64,000 nt of DNA, from assembly GCA_963724745.1 (NCBI GenBank), contig CAVRVU010000002.1, forward strand, positions 94,714 through 158,713, read 5' to 3'. Below, piece by piece: positions 21,801 through 30,324 of the stretch. The translations under genes were made by a program, and so were the position numbers. The DNA is from an uncultured Actinomycetes bacterium. Lineage in GTDB: Bacteria; Actinomycetota; Thermoleophilia; Solirubrobacterales; 70-9. Under the pieces are notes generated by a model that saw only the letters and a program-made list of their open reading frames with translations, was not told where the DNA came from and did not search any database. Every line of letters starts with the position of its first letter. Within the stretch, counting starts at the first letter, position 1.

Positions 21801-24800
21801 AAGGCGACCGGGCTGGCGCCGGTGCCGTTGGCCTCGAGGGTGCCCTGGACGACGACTTCGCCGCCGCAGTTGGCGAAGGCCTTGACGATCGTGCCGGCGC
21901 CGAGGGTGAGCTTGATCCCCGGCGGGATCGTCAGCGAGCCGCAGCCGCCGGAGAGCACCGGCACCAGGTTGCCCGACCAGGGCAGCGAGGAGCTGACGGC
22001 GAGGGTGTCGGCGCCGAGCCGCACCCCGTTCAGGCCGTTGGCCGAGCCCGAGTTGCCGTCGAGGGCGCCCATGTCGAGGGAGGCGTTGTAGATGCTGATC
22101 GCGTTGCCGGCGACTTTGGTGACGGTGTTGCCGGTGAGCGTCGGGATGCCGAGCGGGGAGTTGACGGCGATGCCGTCGCCCTGGGCCTTTTCGATCGTCG
22201 AGTTGGTGATCGAGGTGGTGGCCGAGCTCGCCTGCAGGGGCGAGGAGGCGTAGGCGACCTTGACGTGGTCGAGGTCGAGGGTCGGGTTGGGGTTGCCGTT
22301 GCCGGCGGGGCTGGTGTAGATGCCGCCCCAGTCGCCGGCGAGCGGCGCGGTGGCGTTGCCGTCGCCGTTGGTGTCGCCGCCGACGGTGTCGTCGCGCCAG
22401 GAGGTGAAGGCGACCGGGCTGGCGCCGGTGCCGTTGGCCTCGAGGGTGCCCTGGACGACGACTTCGCCGCCGCAGTTGGCGAAGGCCTTGACGATCGTGC
22501 CGGCGCCGAGGGTGAGCTTGATCCCCGGCGGGATCGTCAGCGAGCCGCAGCCGCCGGAGAGCACCGGCACCAGGTTGCCCGACCAGGGCAGCGAGGAGCT
22601 GACGGCGAGGGTGTCGGCGCCGAGCCGCACCCCGTTCAGGCCGTTGGCCGAGCCCGAGTTGCCGTCGAGGGCGCCCATGTCGAGGGAGGCGTTGTAGATG
22701 CTGATCGCGTTGCCGGCGACTTTGGTGACGGTGTTGCCGGTGAGCGTCGGGATGCCGAGCGGGGAGTTGACGGCGATGCCGTCGCCCTGGGCCTTTTCGA
22801 TCGTCGAGTTGGTGATCGAGGTGGTGGCCGAGCTCGCCTGCAGGGGCGAGGAGGCGTAGGCGACCTTGACGTGGTCGAGGTCGAGGGTCGGGTTGGGGTT
22901 GCCGTTGCCGGCGGGGCTGGTGTAGATGCCGCCCCAGTCGCCGGCGAGCGGCGCGGTGGCGTTGCCGTCGCCGTTGGTGTCGCCGCCGACGGTGTCGTCG
23001 CGCCAGGAGGTGAAGGCGACCGGGCTGGCGCCGGTGCCGTTGGCCTCGAGGGTGCCCTGGACGACGACTTCGCCGCCGCAGTTGGCGAAGGCCTTGACGA
23101 TCGTGCCGGCGCCGAGGGTGAGCTTGATCCCCGGCGGGATCGTCAGCGAGCCGCAGCCGCCGGAGAGCACCGGCACCAGGTTGCCCGACCAGGGCAGCGA
23201 GGAGCTGACGGCGAGGGTGTCGGCGCCGAGCCGCACCCCGTTCAGGCCGTTGGCCGAGCCCGAGTTGCCGTCGAGGGCGCCCATGTCGAGGGAGGCGTTG
23301 TAGATGCTGATCGCGTTGCCGGCGACTTTGGTGACGGTGTTGCCGGTGAGCGTCGGGATGCCGAGCGGGGAGTTGACGGCGATGCCGTCGCCCTGGGCCT
23401 TTTCGATCGTCGAGTTGGTGATCGAGGTGGTGGCCGAGCTCGCCTGCAGGGGCGAGGAGGCGTAGGCGACCTTGACGTGGTCGAGGTCGAGGGTCGGGTT
23501 GGGGTTGCCGTTGCCGGCGGGGCTGGTGTAGATGCCGCCCCAGTCGCCGGCGAGCGGCGCGGTGGCGTTGCCGTCGCCGTTGGTGTCGCCGCCGACGGTG
23601 TCGTCGCGCCAGGAGGTGAAGGCGACCGGGCTGGCGCCGGTGCCGTTGGCCTCGAGGGTGCCCTGGACACCGATACTTCGTCCCTGCTGCAGCTTGACGA
23701 TCGCGCCGTCTTCAACTTCGAGCGTCGCCCCTTCAGCTACGAAGACATCGCACGTAACTACATAGTGCTTGGCGAATCTCGGCCCAATCTTCTGGTCCTG
23801 CGATATCTCACCGCAAAGAGAGAGCTCGGGGCTCACCGAGTCCCACGAGTAGGTAGCGCCGGCTGGATCGATATTGCCCGCAGAGTCAACCGCCTTAACG
23901 ACCAGCGCGTGCGGTCCGGGCTCCGGATCGGTGATTTCGTAGGGAGTGGGACACGAGCTCGCGGTCGCTCCATCCAAACTGCATAGGAAGGTCGCTCCCG
24001 AGTCTCCACTCGAGAACTCGAAGCTGACCGGCCCCGGGCCGATGGCTCCTTCAGGGCCATCGCCTTTCGTCGTCTGCGGCGGCGCCGTGTCGACCGTCCA
24101 GCTCGCTTGAGCCGGGCTGGCGTCGGTGTTGCCGGCGGGGTCCTTGGCCCGGACTTCGACGCTGTGAGGACCGTCGGCGAGTGGGTTGTAGGTCTTGGGG
24201 CTTGCGCATGGCTGCCAGCCGGCGGCGTCGAGGTTGCATTCGAAGCTGCCGGCCGCCTCGCTGGACGTGAAGGACAAGCCAGACTGCGGGTTGTTGGTTG
24301 GGCTCGCAGGACTGCTTCCGATCGTCGTCTGCGGCGCCGCCGTGTCGACCGTCCAGCTCGCTTGAGCCGGGCTGGCGTCGGTGTTGCCGGCGGGGTCCTT
24401 GGCCCGGACTTCGACGCTGTGAGGACCGTCGGCGAGTGGGTTGTAGGTCTTGGGGCTCGCGCATGGCTGCCAGCCGGCGGCGTCGAGGTTGCATTCGAAG
24501 CTGCCGGCCGCCTCGCTGGACGTGAAGGACAAGCCAGACTGCGGGTTGTTGGTTGGGCTCGCAGGACTGCTTCCGATCGTCGTCTGCGGCGCCGCCGTGT
24601 CGACCGTCCAGCTCGCTTGAGCCGGGGTCTGGTCTATGAGTTCGCCGGCGACCGCCCTCACCTCGAATTCATACGGGCCGTCCGCAAGCGAGCTGTACTG
24701 AGCAGGGCTGGCGCAATTGGACCAAGCGGAGCCAACAAAACTGCACTCGAAGGTGGCGCCAGGAGGGTTCGAGTGAAATGAAAAGCTGCTGTCCCTTTCC

Positions 24801-25288
24801 CTAATCGGACCCGATGATCCGCTATCGATCAGGGTGTCAGGGGGCGTCGGGGTGGGGGGAGCTGGGCTTGGTGGAGGCTGCGGCGTCGAACCGGTTGCGG
24901 GAGGGGTCGGAGGAGAGCTCGGGTTCTCCGGACTCTCGCCTTTTTCTTTCGCCTTTGCCTTCGCTCTGCCGATGCAACGCTGTTTGGCTTTTCGTTGCTT
25001 CTTACTTTTTCCAGAAAATTTCTGCTGGCATTTCTTGACCTGAGCTTTGACGCTTGAAGCCGAGGATCTAGCCGTCGGAGTCGTTGCCCCAAACGTTGCG
25101 CCGACGCCGATCACTGCGATCGCAGCAAGAACTGCACACAGCACAACGAGAGAACGCTTGGATAAATCGGTGGTCTTTCGAAATCCCCTGCCCTGAGTCA
25201 CCAGCCCAAGAACGCACAACGAGCGTCCCCTCTTTTGCCGTTCAAAGAATTTTGCAGCTGCACTCTCCGGTCCCTTGCCCTGCTTCAC
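18893..25288 (-). CDS. Giant secreted multidomain protein. Order: signal/anchor, Lys-rich segment, Pro-rich linker, 4 Cys-pair Ig-like domains, 7 right-handed beta-helix modules (202 aa each), C-terminal cutinase-type alpha/beta hydrolase.
   Basis: Single uninterrupted 2131-codon ORF. TM LVVLCAVLAAIAVIGVGA. FECNLDAAGWQPCASP domains. The module GTLEANGTGASPVAFTSWRDDTVGGDTNGDGNATAPLAGDWGGIY occurs 7 times. Cutinase nucleophile elbow GYSQGA with flanking Cys. The start codon is uncertain (GTG at 25288 or GTG near 25201). Confidence 0.85.
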   Translation of the reverse strand: MKQGKGPESAAAKFFERQKRGRSLCVLGLVTQGRGFRKTTDLSKRSLVVLCAVLAAIAVIGVGATFGATTPTARSSASSVKAQVKKCQQKFSGKSKKQRKAKQRCIGRAKAKAKEKGESPENPSSPPTPPATGSTPQPPPSPAPPTPTPPDTLIDSGSSGPIRERDSSFSFHSNPPGATFECSFVGSAWSNCASPAQYSSLADGPYEFEVRAVAGELIDQTPAQASWTVDTAAPQTTIGSSPASPTNNPQSGLSFTSSEAAGSFECNLDAAGWQPCASPKTYNPLADGPHSVEVRAKDPAGNTDASPAQASWTVDTAAPQTTIGSSPASPTNNPQSGLSFTSSEAAGSFECNLDAAGWQPCASPKTYNPLADGPHSVEVRAKDPAGNTDASPAQASWTVDTAPPQTTKGDGPEGAIGPGPVSFEFSSGDSGATFLCSLDGATASSCPTPYEITDPEPGPHALVVKAVDSAGNIDPAGATYSWDSVSPELSLCGEISQDQKIGPRFAKHYVVTCDVFVAEGATLEVEDGAIVKLQQGRSIGVQGTLEANGTGASPVAFTSWRDDTVGGDTNGDGNATAPLAGDWGGIYTSPAGNGNPNPTLDLDHVKVAYASSPLQASSATTSITNSTIEKAQGDGIAVNSPLGIPTLTGNTVTKVAGNAISIYNASLDMGALDGNSGSANGLNGVRLGADTLAVSSSLPWSGNLVPVLSGGCGSLTIPPGIKLTLGAGTIVKAFANCGGEVVVQGTLEANGTGASPVAFTSWRDDTVGGDTNGDGNATAPLAGDWGGIYTSPAGNGNPNPTLDLDHVKVAYASSPLQASSATTSITNSTIEKAQGDGIAVNSPLGIPTLTGNTVTKVAGNAISIYNASLDMGALDGNSGSANGLNGVRLGADTLAVSSSLPWSGNLVPVLSGGCGSLTIPPGIKLTLGAGTIVKAFANCGGEVVVQGTLEANGTGASPVAFTSWRDDTVGGDTNGDGNATAPLAGDWGGIYTSPAGNGNPNPTLDLDHVKVAYASSPLQASSATTSITNSTIEKAQGDGIAVNSPLGIPTLTGNTVTKVAGNAISIYNASLDMGALDGNSGSANGLNGVRLGADTLAVSSSLPWSGNLVPVLSGGCGSLTIPPGIKLTLGAGTIVKAFANCGGEVVVQGTLEANGTGASPVAFTSWRDDTVGGDTNGDGNATAPLAGDWGGIYTSPAGNGNPNPTLDLDHVKVAYASSPLQASSATTSITNSTIEKAQGDGIAVNSPLGIPTLTGNTVTKVAGNAISIYNASLDMGALDGNSGSANGLNGVRLGADTLAVSSSLPWSGNLVPVLSGGCGSLTIPPGIKLTLGAGTIVKAFANCGGEVVVQGTLEANGTGASPVAFTSWRDDTVGGDTNGDGNATAPLAGDWGGIYTSPAGNGNPNPTLDLDHVKVAYASSPLQASSATTSITNSTIEKAQGDGIAVNSPLGIPTLTGNTVTKVAGNAISIYNASLDMGALDGNSGSANGLNGVRLGADTLAVSSSLPWSGNLVPVLSGGCGSLTIPPGIKLTLGAGTIVKAFANCGGEVVVQGTLEANGTGASPVAFTSWRDDTVGGDTNGDGNATAPLAGDWGGIYTSPAGNGNPNPTLDLDHVKVAYASSPLQASSATTSITNSTIEKAQGDGIAVNSPLGIPTLTGNTVTKVAGNAISIYNASLDMGALDGNSGSANGLNGVRLGADTLAVSSSLPWSGNLVPVLSGGCGSLTIPPGIKLTLGAGTIVKAFANCGGEVVVQGTLEANGTGASPVAFTSWRDDTVGGDTNGDGNATAPLAGDWGGIYVVSGGSAHLLGTTLEYASTALYVADGNDVAIHGAILHSTVGVSANTWVDATHVDWGSPSGPAPGGQGTPIQGDGPMVVPWVGWSPPPMPAVTPQPQSPSGDCATALFVGVRGSGEAPLVGETYSSTESANMGSRIPGIFFAFREEFEKLSPGSTVRGFGLRYPALPVPGPWGAIFGNSYLEFEESFWEGALDIALGVHQESEACPSEKIVLAGYSQGALAIHLALSELMSSADLSHVSAVVLLADPEARGDDNGVTKWGSAATSADGIYTMAFGHGGTAVIPSSVAGRTIAYCHNNDIVCAPGLGSWTSEHSNYSWSEIEPLGVWAADHAAG
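19893..23666. repeat. Tandem direct repeat, 606-bp unit, about 6.2 copies, apparently identical at the nucleotide level, in frame inside the giant gene
   Basis: Identical translations recur with a 606-nt period in three different frames: the main minus-strand ORF, the plus-strand 1401-aa shadow ORF, and the 125-aa ORFs at 19896, 20502, 21108, 21714, 22320 and 22926. Sequence lines also match by eye. Confidence 0.9.
24068..24625. repeat. Tandem direct repeat, 255-bp unit (85 aa, one Ig-like domain), about 2.2 copies with one visible mismatch
   Basis: CGACCGTCCAGCTCGCTTGAGCCGG recurs at 24091, 24346 and 24601. The only mismatch seen is ggggctTgcgc versus ggggctCgcgc. Confidence 0.85.
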
Positions 25289-25468
25289 GGCGCGGAAGAC
25301 TAACGCCGAACTACGAACCTCGGCTTACTCAGTCGGAGTAATTTTCTGCTTGGCGCTGCAGCCTGTGCCGCCTCGCCCTCGATTGTTCCACGGCCAATAT
25401 CCCGCGGCGATCCCACGGGGCTCAAGCGCGAACACGCGCGCCCGCCTAAAAACAGAAAGGATGTGCGG

Positions 25469-25723
25469 ATGCCCCAACCACGCCGCGCAGGACAACGCAG
25501 AGAACCCCAGGACTTCGGCTGGGTGATCTCCTTCGGCTGCAAAACGACCGGCACCCTCCGTCGCCTCAAAGTCGACACCGACCCCTCCTCCGACACCAGC
25601 CCGATCGAGGTCCCCTGCCCCTGCGGCGAAGCCCACCGGGTAACGGTCTCCCCCTACCGTCGCCGCCGCTCCGCTGACGAGCCCTTCGACCTCGAGGTCA
25701 AGAGCCTCGACGAGCTGCGCTGA
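25469..25723 (+). CDS. Small hypothetical protein (84 aa) with a Cys/His cluster (C..x..CPCGEAH)
   Basis: AAAGGA lies 7 nt upstream of the ATG. The ORF is intact. No recognisable family. Confidence 0.4.
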   Translation: MPQPRRAGQRREPQDFGWVISFGCKTTGTLRRLKVDTDPSSDTSPIEVPCPCGEAHRVTVSPYRRRRSADEPFDLEVKSLDELR

Positions 25724-25753
25724 CTCCGACCCCGCCGGGGTCCCCTGCCCCCG

Positions 25754-25924
25754 TCAGGGCGAGAGCGGGAGATGTGGTGGGTCGATCCCGAGTAACCGCA
25801 GCAGGATCAGGGCGAAGACGACCGCCACGATCCACATGATCTTGCCGACCCAGTTGTCGAGGTCGGTCTCGACGCTCCAGGACCGATCCGAGTTCGGACC
25901 GCGATTTTGCCGCTCGATCTTCAT
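25754..25924 (-). CDS. Small membrane protein (56 aa)
   Basis: GGGGGCGGAG SD immediately upstream of the ATG. One clear TM (IMWIVAVVFALILLRLLGI). Confidence 0.45.
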   Translation of the reverse strand: MKIERQNRGPNSDRSWSVETDLDNWVGKIMWIVAVVFALILLRLLGIDPPHLPLSP

Positions 25925-26057
25925 CTCCGCCCCCTTCGGACAGCCCATCTTTTTCGCTTTCGACCCAGTTATGCCATGGGATGTCGACCTGGGCCACCCG
26001 AGGCCACCCAAGCCTGACGGAGGAGAACCGAGGCCCACCGGGGGGAGGTGGAGGTGC

Positions 26058-29000
26058 TCAGTCGAGCGAGGCGAGGATGTCCTCGAGCGAGGTGGGTGCC
26101 TCGATGCGTAGCGTCTCGAGCATCTTCCGAGCGGTGCCGATGTTGGCGAACCCGTAGAAGTTGTCGAACGACGAATAGAGCATCCCCTCGAGGTTCTCCC
26201 GGTGGTCCTGGCGCAACCCATACAGCAGGACCATCAGAGCGCGCGGCTGGATCGCCCGGGTCATCGCTCCCGGTCGCGTCAGCTCCCATTCGATTCCCGG
26301 CTGCGGCAGACGCAACGGCACCGCCACACATGGACCCTCGTGCCGGCGGATTGTGTTCAGTTTGGTCCGGTTCAGGTTCCCGCGGATGAAGACGAGAGTC
26401 AACGCGCTCCCATCCGAGGCGATTCGCGCGGCCACCATCCCTTCTGATTCCCGCTTCACCTCCGCCGCGACCTGATGGCCACTGAGCAGCTCGCTGACGG
26501 TGGCGACCAGCTCGTCGCTGCTCGCCGAGTCCATGAGATTGCGCCACGCGTCGGCGTAGAGTTGCCCCTCGGCGCTGGCGATCGACTGGTTCTCGAGATC
26601 CCCCGGAAGCTGCATGTAGCTTTCCTTCGACCGGTTTCTGATCTCTTCGTAGCGCGCCAACGCCCGCTTTCTCACCAGTTCGGGGACCTCCAGGTCCCCG
26701 CGCTTCAGAAGCTCGGCGAGATCGTCCACCCTGCTCAGGCCCTTGCGATGGATGGCGATCAGCGGCTCGCGCCCCAGGCCCTCCAGGTTCAACCGCGCGA
26801 GGTGGCCCAGCCACAGCGGGACGCCGTAGGTGCTTTCGTCGGAGAGAACCGACAAGCGCTCCCGCGCTTGCGCGTCGTACTCGAGCAGTTCGCTGGCGGC
26901 GCCGAGGACATAGCCGATGCGCTCGCCCAGCTGCTCCACGTCGGTGACCGAGAAGGGGATCGCCGGATCCGGCTCCCGCTTCTTCCGTCGCACCCTGCGC
27001 CGCGGCGTGGTGATCGAGTCGAGACGCAGTTTGATCTCGCGAAAAGGCTGCGCATTGGACCACTCGTAGGCAACGGCCGCGCGCAGGATCGCGATCGAGA
27101 AGTCCTTCACCGCGAAGTACTGCTCGTTTCCGGTTTCCTCGACCAGCTTCGTGTCGGTGATCCAGCGCTCGAAAGCCTTGGGCATCGGGGTCGGAGCGCG
27201 GTCGACGAGCTCCGGGTCCGGCTCGTAGAACCGCAGTTCGCCCTTTTCGGAGGGCAGCGCGAGCCGCCACCTTTTCGCCACCGCCCGCCTCACCCGCTGG
27301 ACCGGGTGGCCGTACATGGCCGCATAGAGCTGCACGTGCTTGATCACATGGTCCCGTATCTCGGGGTCCTGCTCGTATGGACGCCTCCACGCCAACCACT
27401 TGCTCTGCAGGGTCCTCCTCACGCTCGGGTCCTGCGCGGCGAGGTGAAGCAGGGGAAGCTCGGCAATTCCCTTGGTGCAGGCGGCAGCGACCCTCCGCAC
27501 GTGGAGCGAGCTGTCGAGCGGCAGCGCCGATCGCGCTATCGCCATTCCCAGCTTCGTCACCTGGAGCTGCTCCGGACGCTCCGGAACCTCCGCCACGACC
27601 TGGGCGTCGATCAAGCGCTCCATCACGGCTTCGCCGTCGGGAGCGGGCCGATCCGGCTCGGAAGCGGGAGCCGGCTCCATCAGCTCACGCTGCTCGAGGT
27701 CCTCGAGCAGCTCCTCCGCCTCTACCTGTCCGCCCCACGCTGCCCACAGGGTGTTGGAGATGATGCGGTCGATCTCCTTCATCAGCGCCTCTCTCGAGCG
27801 TGGGCGTGGCTCCACCGCGAGCGCCCGCAGCACCAGGCCGCAGAGGCTCTCGTGGCCGGTCTCCGGATCCGCCAGGGCCGACCACAGGGCCTCCTCAGGG
27901 ACCTCCTGCTCCACCCAGTGCCGCCAGGCCGGATCCAGTTCGGTCACCCGTGGCGCGTCCTCCGGAGACGCCAGCGACCGCGATGGGAAGCGAGGGTCGA
28001 TGACGATGTAGACGTTGCCGTGGGGCTGGCGCTTGCCGAGTCTCCCGGCGCGGCCGCCTCGGTTCTTGACCCGACCGACGGGGATCAGTTCTTCGCTTCC
28101 CCGCCAACGCTGCGTCAGGTCGACCACCACCACGTCGCTGGCCGACAGGTTCACGCCTTCGGCGAGGGTGTCGGTGCAGACCAGAACCCGCACCAGCCCG
28201 TTGTCGAACTCGTCCTCGATCCAGCGACGGAGGTGCATCTGCAGCGTGCGGGTGTGGTAGGTCACACCGCTGAGGAAGCCACGCTGGACCTCCCTGCGCC
28301 AATGGTTGTCCTCGGTCCAGAGGAACTCGTCGTAGCGCTCCCTCCTCTCCTTGTCGGAAAGATCGAGGTCGTCGGCGTAGCGTCCAATCCTCCACGGGTT
28401 GGGATTGCGCGGCAGCCGGCCCATGGGGTCCTGGAGATCGAGGCACTCCCGCAGGAGAGTGGCCACCTCCCGCGCCCGGTCGCGATCGCGCACGAAACAA
28501 AGGACCCTGCGATCGGCGACGTCGTCGCTGGCCAGCAGCTGGCAAACCTGCAGGATCGGCAACGTCAGCCGGAGGTTGGAGATCCGCTGGCGCAACGAGT
28601 CAGGCCAGCGATTGGGGAGCGGCCCGAGCGGATGAGGGGTGATGGTCTCGTCGACATGTTCCTGTTGACCTCCACTGCGCTCACCGTTCGCACCCAGGTC
28701 GCCCCCCGGCCGAGCGGCGGAGATCACCCGCGTACGACGGCTGACTCCGTCGACTACGTGGAGGCGCAGCTCGGTGGGCCGCGAGGAGACCTCGACCATG
28801 TGTTTCACGCCAAGCCAGCGTCGCGCGGTTTTGGTCGACTCCGGGGTCAGGGTCGCGGAGAGGGCGACGATCGGGATGCGCCGCGGGCGCATGCGCAGGA
28901 TCGTCAGCAGCGCCTCCAGGTTGGCCCCGCGCTGATCCTGCGCAAGGTTCTGAAACTCGTCGACGACAATCAGGCCAACCCGGTTGAGAACGTCGGTGCC

Positions 29001-30071
29001 GCTGTAGACCAGATTGGCGAGCTTCTCGTACACGCAAATCCCCACGTCGTACTCGCCGTGGGCAAGCGCCTCGTCGTACTCGCGGTCGTCCGCCGACCCC
29101 GCGACCACCCGCCAGTCGGCGTCGTCGGCGGCCGTCCATTTGAGCCAGCGCCGGTGGTTCTCACGCACCATCGTCTTGGTCGGGACGAGGATCAGGGCCC
29201 GGGACTCCTGGTGCCTGCGCCTGGCGGCGTAGACGGTGTGCGCAGCCGCGACGCGCCCCACGTGAGTCTTGCCGCAGCTCGTCGGCCCGAGCACGAGCAT
29301 CGACTCCCGCGCCTCGACGATCTTGGGTATGCGGGGAAATGCACAGGCCTGTGCCTCGGTGATGATCGGCTCGAAGTCCGAGGCGGTGGGAGTGGCGTCT
29401 TCCCGGGGATCCAGGTCCAGGGCCATCTTCAGCGGCAGCTCGTTGAGCAGCATCTGCCGAGCGTCATCGTCGGAGCCCCGCGGGCAGCGGACGCGCTCGG
29501 CCTCCAACGCGTCGAGGGCCCCGAGGATCGAGAGCGCGATCCGTCGCAGCTCCGGCACGGCGGCGGCGACGAGAGCTTTCGGCTTCCCGGTCCGCCACAT
29601 CCGGCTGGTCAGCTCCTGGATCACCGTCTTCGAGGACCGATCCAGCGCCTCGTACACCGCCGGCTGGATGTTCCCCAGGACCTCCCCGACCTCGTGAAGG
29701 TCGCTCTCCTTCGTCAGGTAGTAGCGCCAGCCCAAGACGGCATGCAGACCGTGATCCTCAGGGCGCAGGCGGTACAGGGCGTCCTCGCTGAGCGGCACGA
29801 GGATGCCCTGGATGAAATCTTCCAGCTGCCCCAGGGGATCGTCGCCGTCCTCCGAGACGACCACGCGCAGCCGTGGCACGCGGTCCAGGTCGAGCTCACC
29901 ACTCCGGAGCGCGTCGGCGAGCGCGTTGAGATCTTCGACCAGCTCCGGCCAAAGCCGCATCCACATCGTCTCCCGGACGCTTTCCTGCGCGCCCAGCTTC
30001 TTCGGCGGCACCGCCGGCGAATCCAGCGAATGCCGTCCCACCTCGGGGATAAGCGAGATCTCAGTCGTCAA
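26058..30071 (-). CDS. Large SF2 helicase, Hel308/Ski2-like core, with an unassigned ~250-aa N-terminal domain and an unassigned ~150-aa C-terminal domain
   Basis: Motif I GPTSCGKT, Ia LILVPTK, II VVDEFQ, III SAT, V VCTDTLAEGVNL, VI GGRAGRLG. The post-core region reads like WH/ratchet/HhH (QVTKLGMAIARSALP, LLHLAAQDPSV, YGVPLWLGHLARLNLEGLGREPLIAIHRKGLSRVDDLAEL). SD GAGAGGAG lies 7 nt before the TTG start. Confidence 0.85.
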   Translation of the reverse strand: MTTEISLIPEVGRHSLDSPAVPPKKLGAQESVRETMWMRLWPELVEDLNALADALRSGELDLDRVPRLRVVVSEDGDDPLGQLEDFIQGILVPLSEDALYRLRPEDHGLHAVLGWRYYLTKESDLHEVGEVLGNIQPAVYEALDRSSKTVIQELTSRMWRTGKPKALVAAAVPELRRIALSILGALDALEAERVRCPRGSDDDARQMLLNELPLKMALDLDPREDATPTASDFEPIITEAQACAFPRIPKIVEARESMLVLGPTSCGKTHVGRVAAAHTVYAARRRHQESRALILVPTKTMVRENHRRWLKWTAADDADWRVVAGSADDREYDEALAHGEYDVGICVYEKLANLVYSGTDVLNRVGLIVVDEFQNLAQDQRGANLEALLTILRMRPRRIPIVALSATLTPESTKTARRWLGVKHMVEVSSRPTELRLHVVDGVSRRTRVISAARPGGDLGANGERSGGQQEHVDETITPHPLGPLPNRWPDSLRQRISNLRLTLPILQVCQLLASDDVADRRVLCFVRDRDRAREVATLLRECLDLQDPMGRLPRNPNPWRIGRYADDLDLSDKERRERYDEFLWTEDNHWRREVQRGFLSGVTYHTRTLQMHLRRWIEDEFDNGLVRVLVCTDTLAEGVNLSASDVVVVDLTQRWRGSEELIPVGRVKNRGGRAGRLGKRQPHGNVYIVIDPRFPSRSLASPEDAPRVTELDPAWRHWVEQEVPEEALWSALADPETGHESLCGLVLRALAVEPRPRSREALMKEIDRIISNTLWAAWGGQVEAEELLEDLEQRELMEPAPASEPDRPAPDGEAVMERLIDAQVVAEVPERPEQLQVTKLGMAIARSALPLDSSLHVRRVAAACTKGIAELPLLHLAAQDPSVRRTLQSKWLAWRRPYEQDPEIRDHVIKHVQLYAAMYGHPVQRVRRAVAKRWRLALPSEKGELRFYEPDPELVDRAPTPMPKAFERWITDTKLVEETGNEQYFAVKDFSIAILRAAVAYEWSNAQPFREIKLRLDSITTPRRRVRRKKREPDPAIPFSVTDVEQLGERIGYVLGAASELLEYDAQARERLSVLSDESTYGVPLWLGHLARLNLEGLGREPLIAIHRKGLSRVDDLAELLKRGDLEVPELVRKRALARYEEIRNRSKESYMQLPGDLENQSIASAEGQLYADAWRNLMDSASSDELVATVSELLSGHQVAAEVKRESEGMVAARIASDGSALTLVFIRGNLNRTKLNTIRRHEGPCVAVPLRLPQPGIEWELTRPGAMTRAIQPRALMVLLYGLRQDHRENLEGMLYSSFDNFYGFANIGTARKMLETLRIEAPTSLEDILASLD

Positions 30072-30192
30072 CTGCCAGCTCCTCTCTAAAGAACGACAGG
30101 AGTATCGAGAGAACGGGTGGAATGGTCCACCTGAGGGCGCCTGAGGCCGGCTGAGCCGTTACCGTCTGGCTTCGTGGAAGACGGGTGATGAT

Positions 30193-30220
30193 GGAGAGCC
30201 CTGAAGAGTCAGGGCTCTCC
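30193..30220. terminator. Perfect 12-bp stem / 4-nt loop hairpin GGAGAGCCCTGA-agag-TCAGGGCTCTCC
   Basis: Read directly. It begins 9 nt after the stop of the micro-ORF. No U-tract follows, which is common in high-G+C actinobacteria. Confidence 0.55.
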
Positions 30221-30228
30221 TCAGCTGA

Positions 30229-30324
30229 CTAAAGATGCCTGGCCACCTTGCTGCTCGAGCTCCATGCTGCCTGTACTTCGTCAGCGTCAACGAGTAACGC
30301 TCCCGTGGTCTCGTCGGTCAACAT
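30229..30324 (-). CDS. Candidate micro-ORF (31 codons) MLTDETTGALLVDADEVQAAWSSSSKVARHL
   Basis: Near-consensus SD AAAGGAGG lies 6 nt upstream of the ATG, and the hairpin follows the stop. No homology evidence is possible here. Confidence 0.3.
   Translation of the reverse strand: MLTDETTGALLVDADEVQAAWSSSSKVARHL

Noticed and set aside
19893-23666. Possibility that the perfectly periodic repeats are a CRISPR array
   Set aside because: The unit is 606 bp with no unique spacers. The array lies in frame inside a coding sequence. No cas genes are present in the window.
19781-23986. 1401-aa plus-strand ORF and the six identical 125-aa plus-strand ORFs (19896, 20502, ...) across the repeat array
   Set aside because: These are shadow ORFs antisense to the 2131-aa gene. 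They are Arg/Gly/Ala-rich nonsense typical of high-G+C antisense frames. The minus-strand frame has recognisable domains (Ig-like, beta-helix, cutinase).
26475-30089. 1204-aa plus-strand ORF, and the 476-aa minus-strand ORF at 25969..27399
   Set aside because: They overlap the helicase gene in alternative frames and have low-complexity Arg/Pro/Gly composition. The helicase frame carries the full SF2 motif set.
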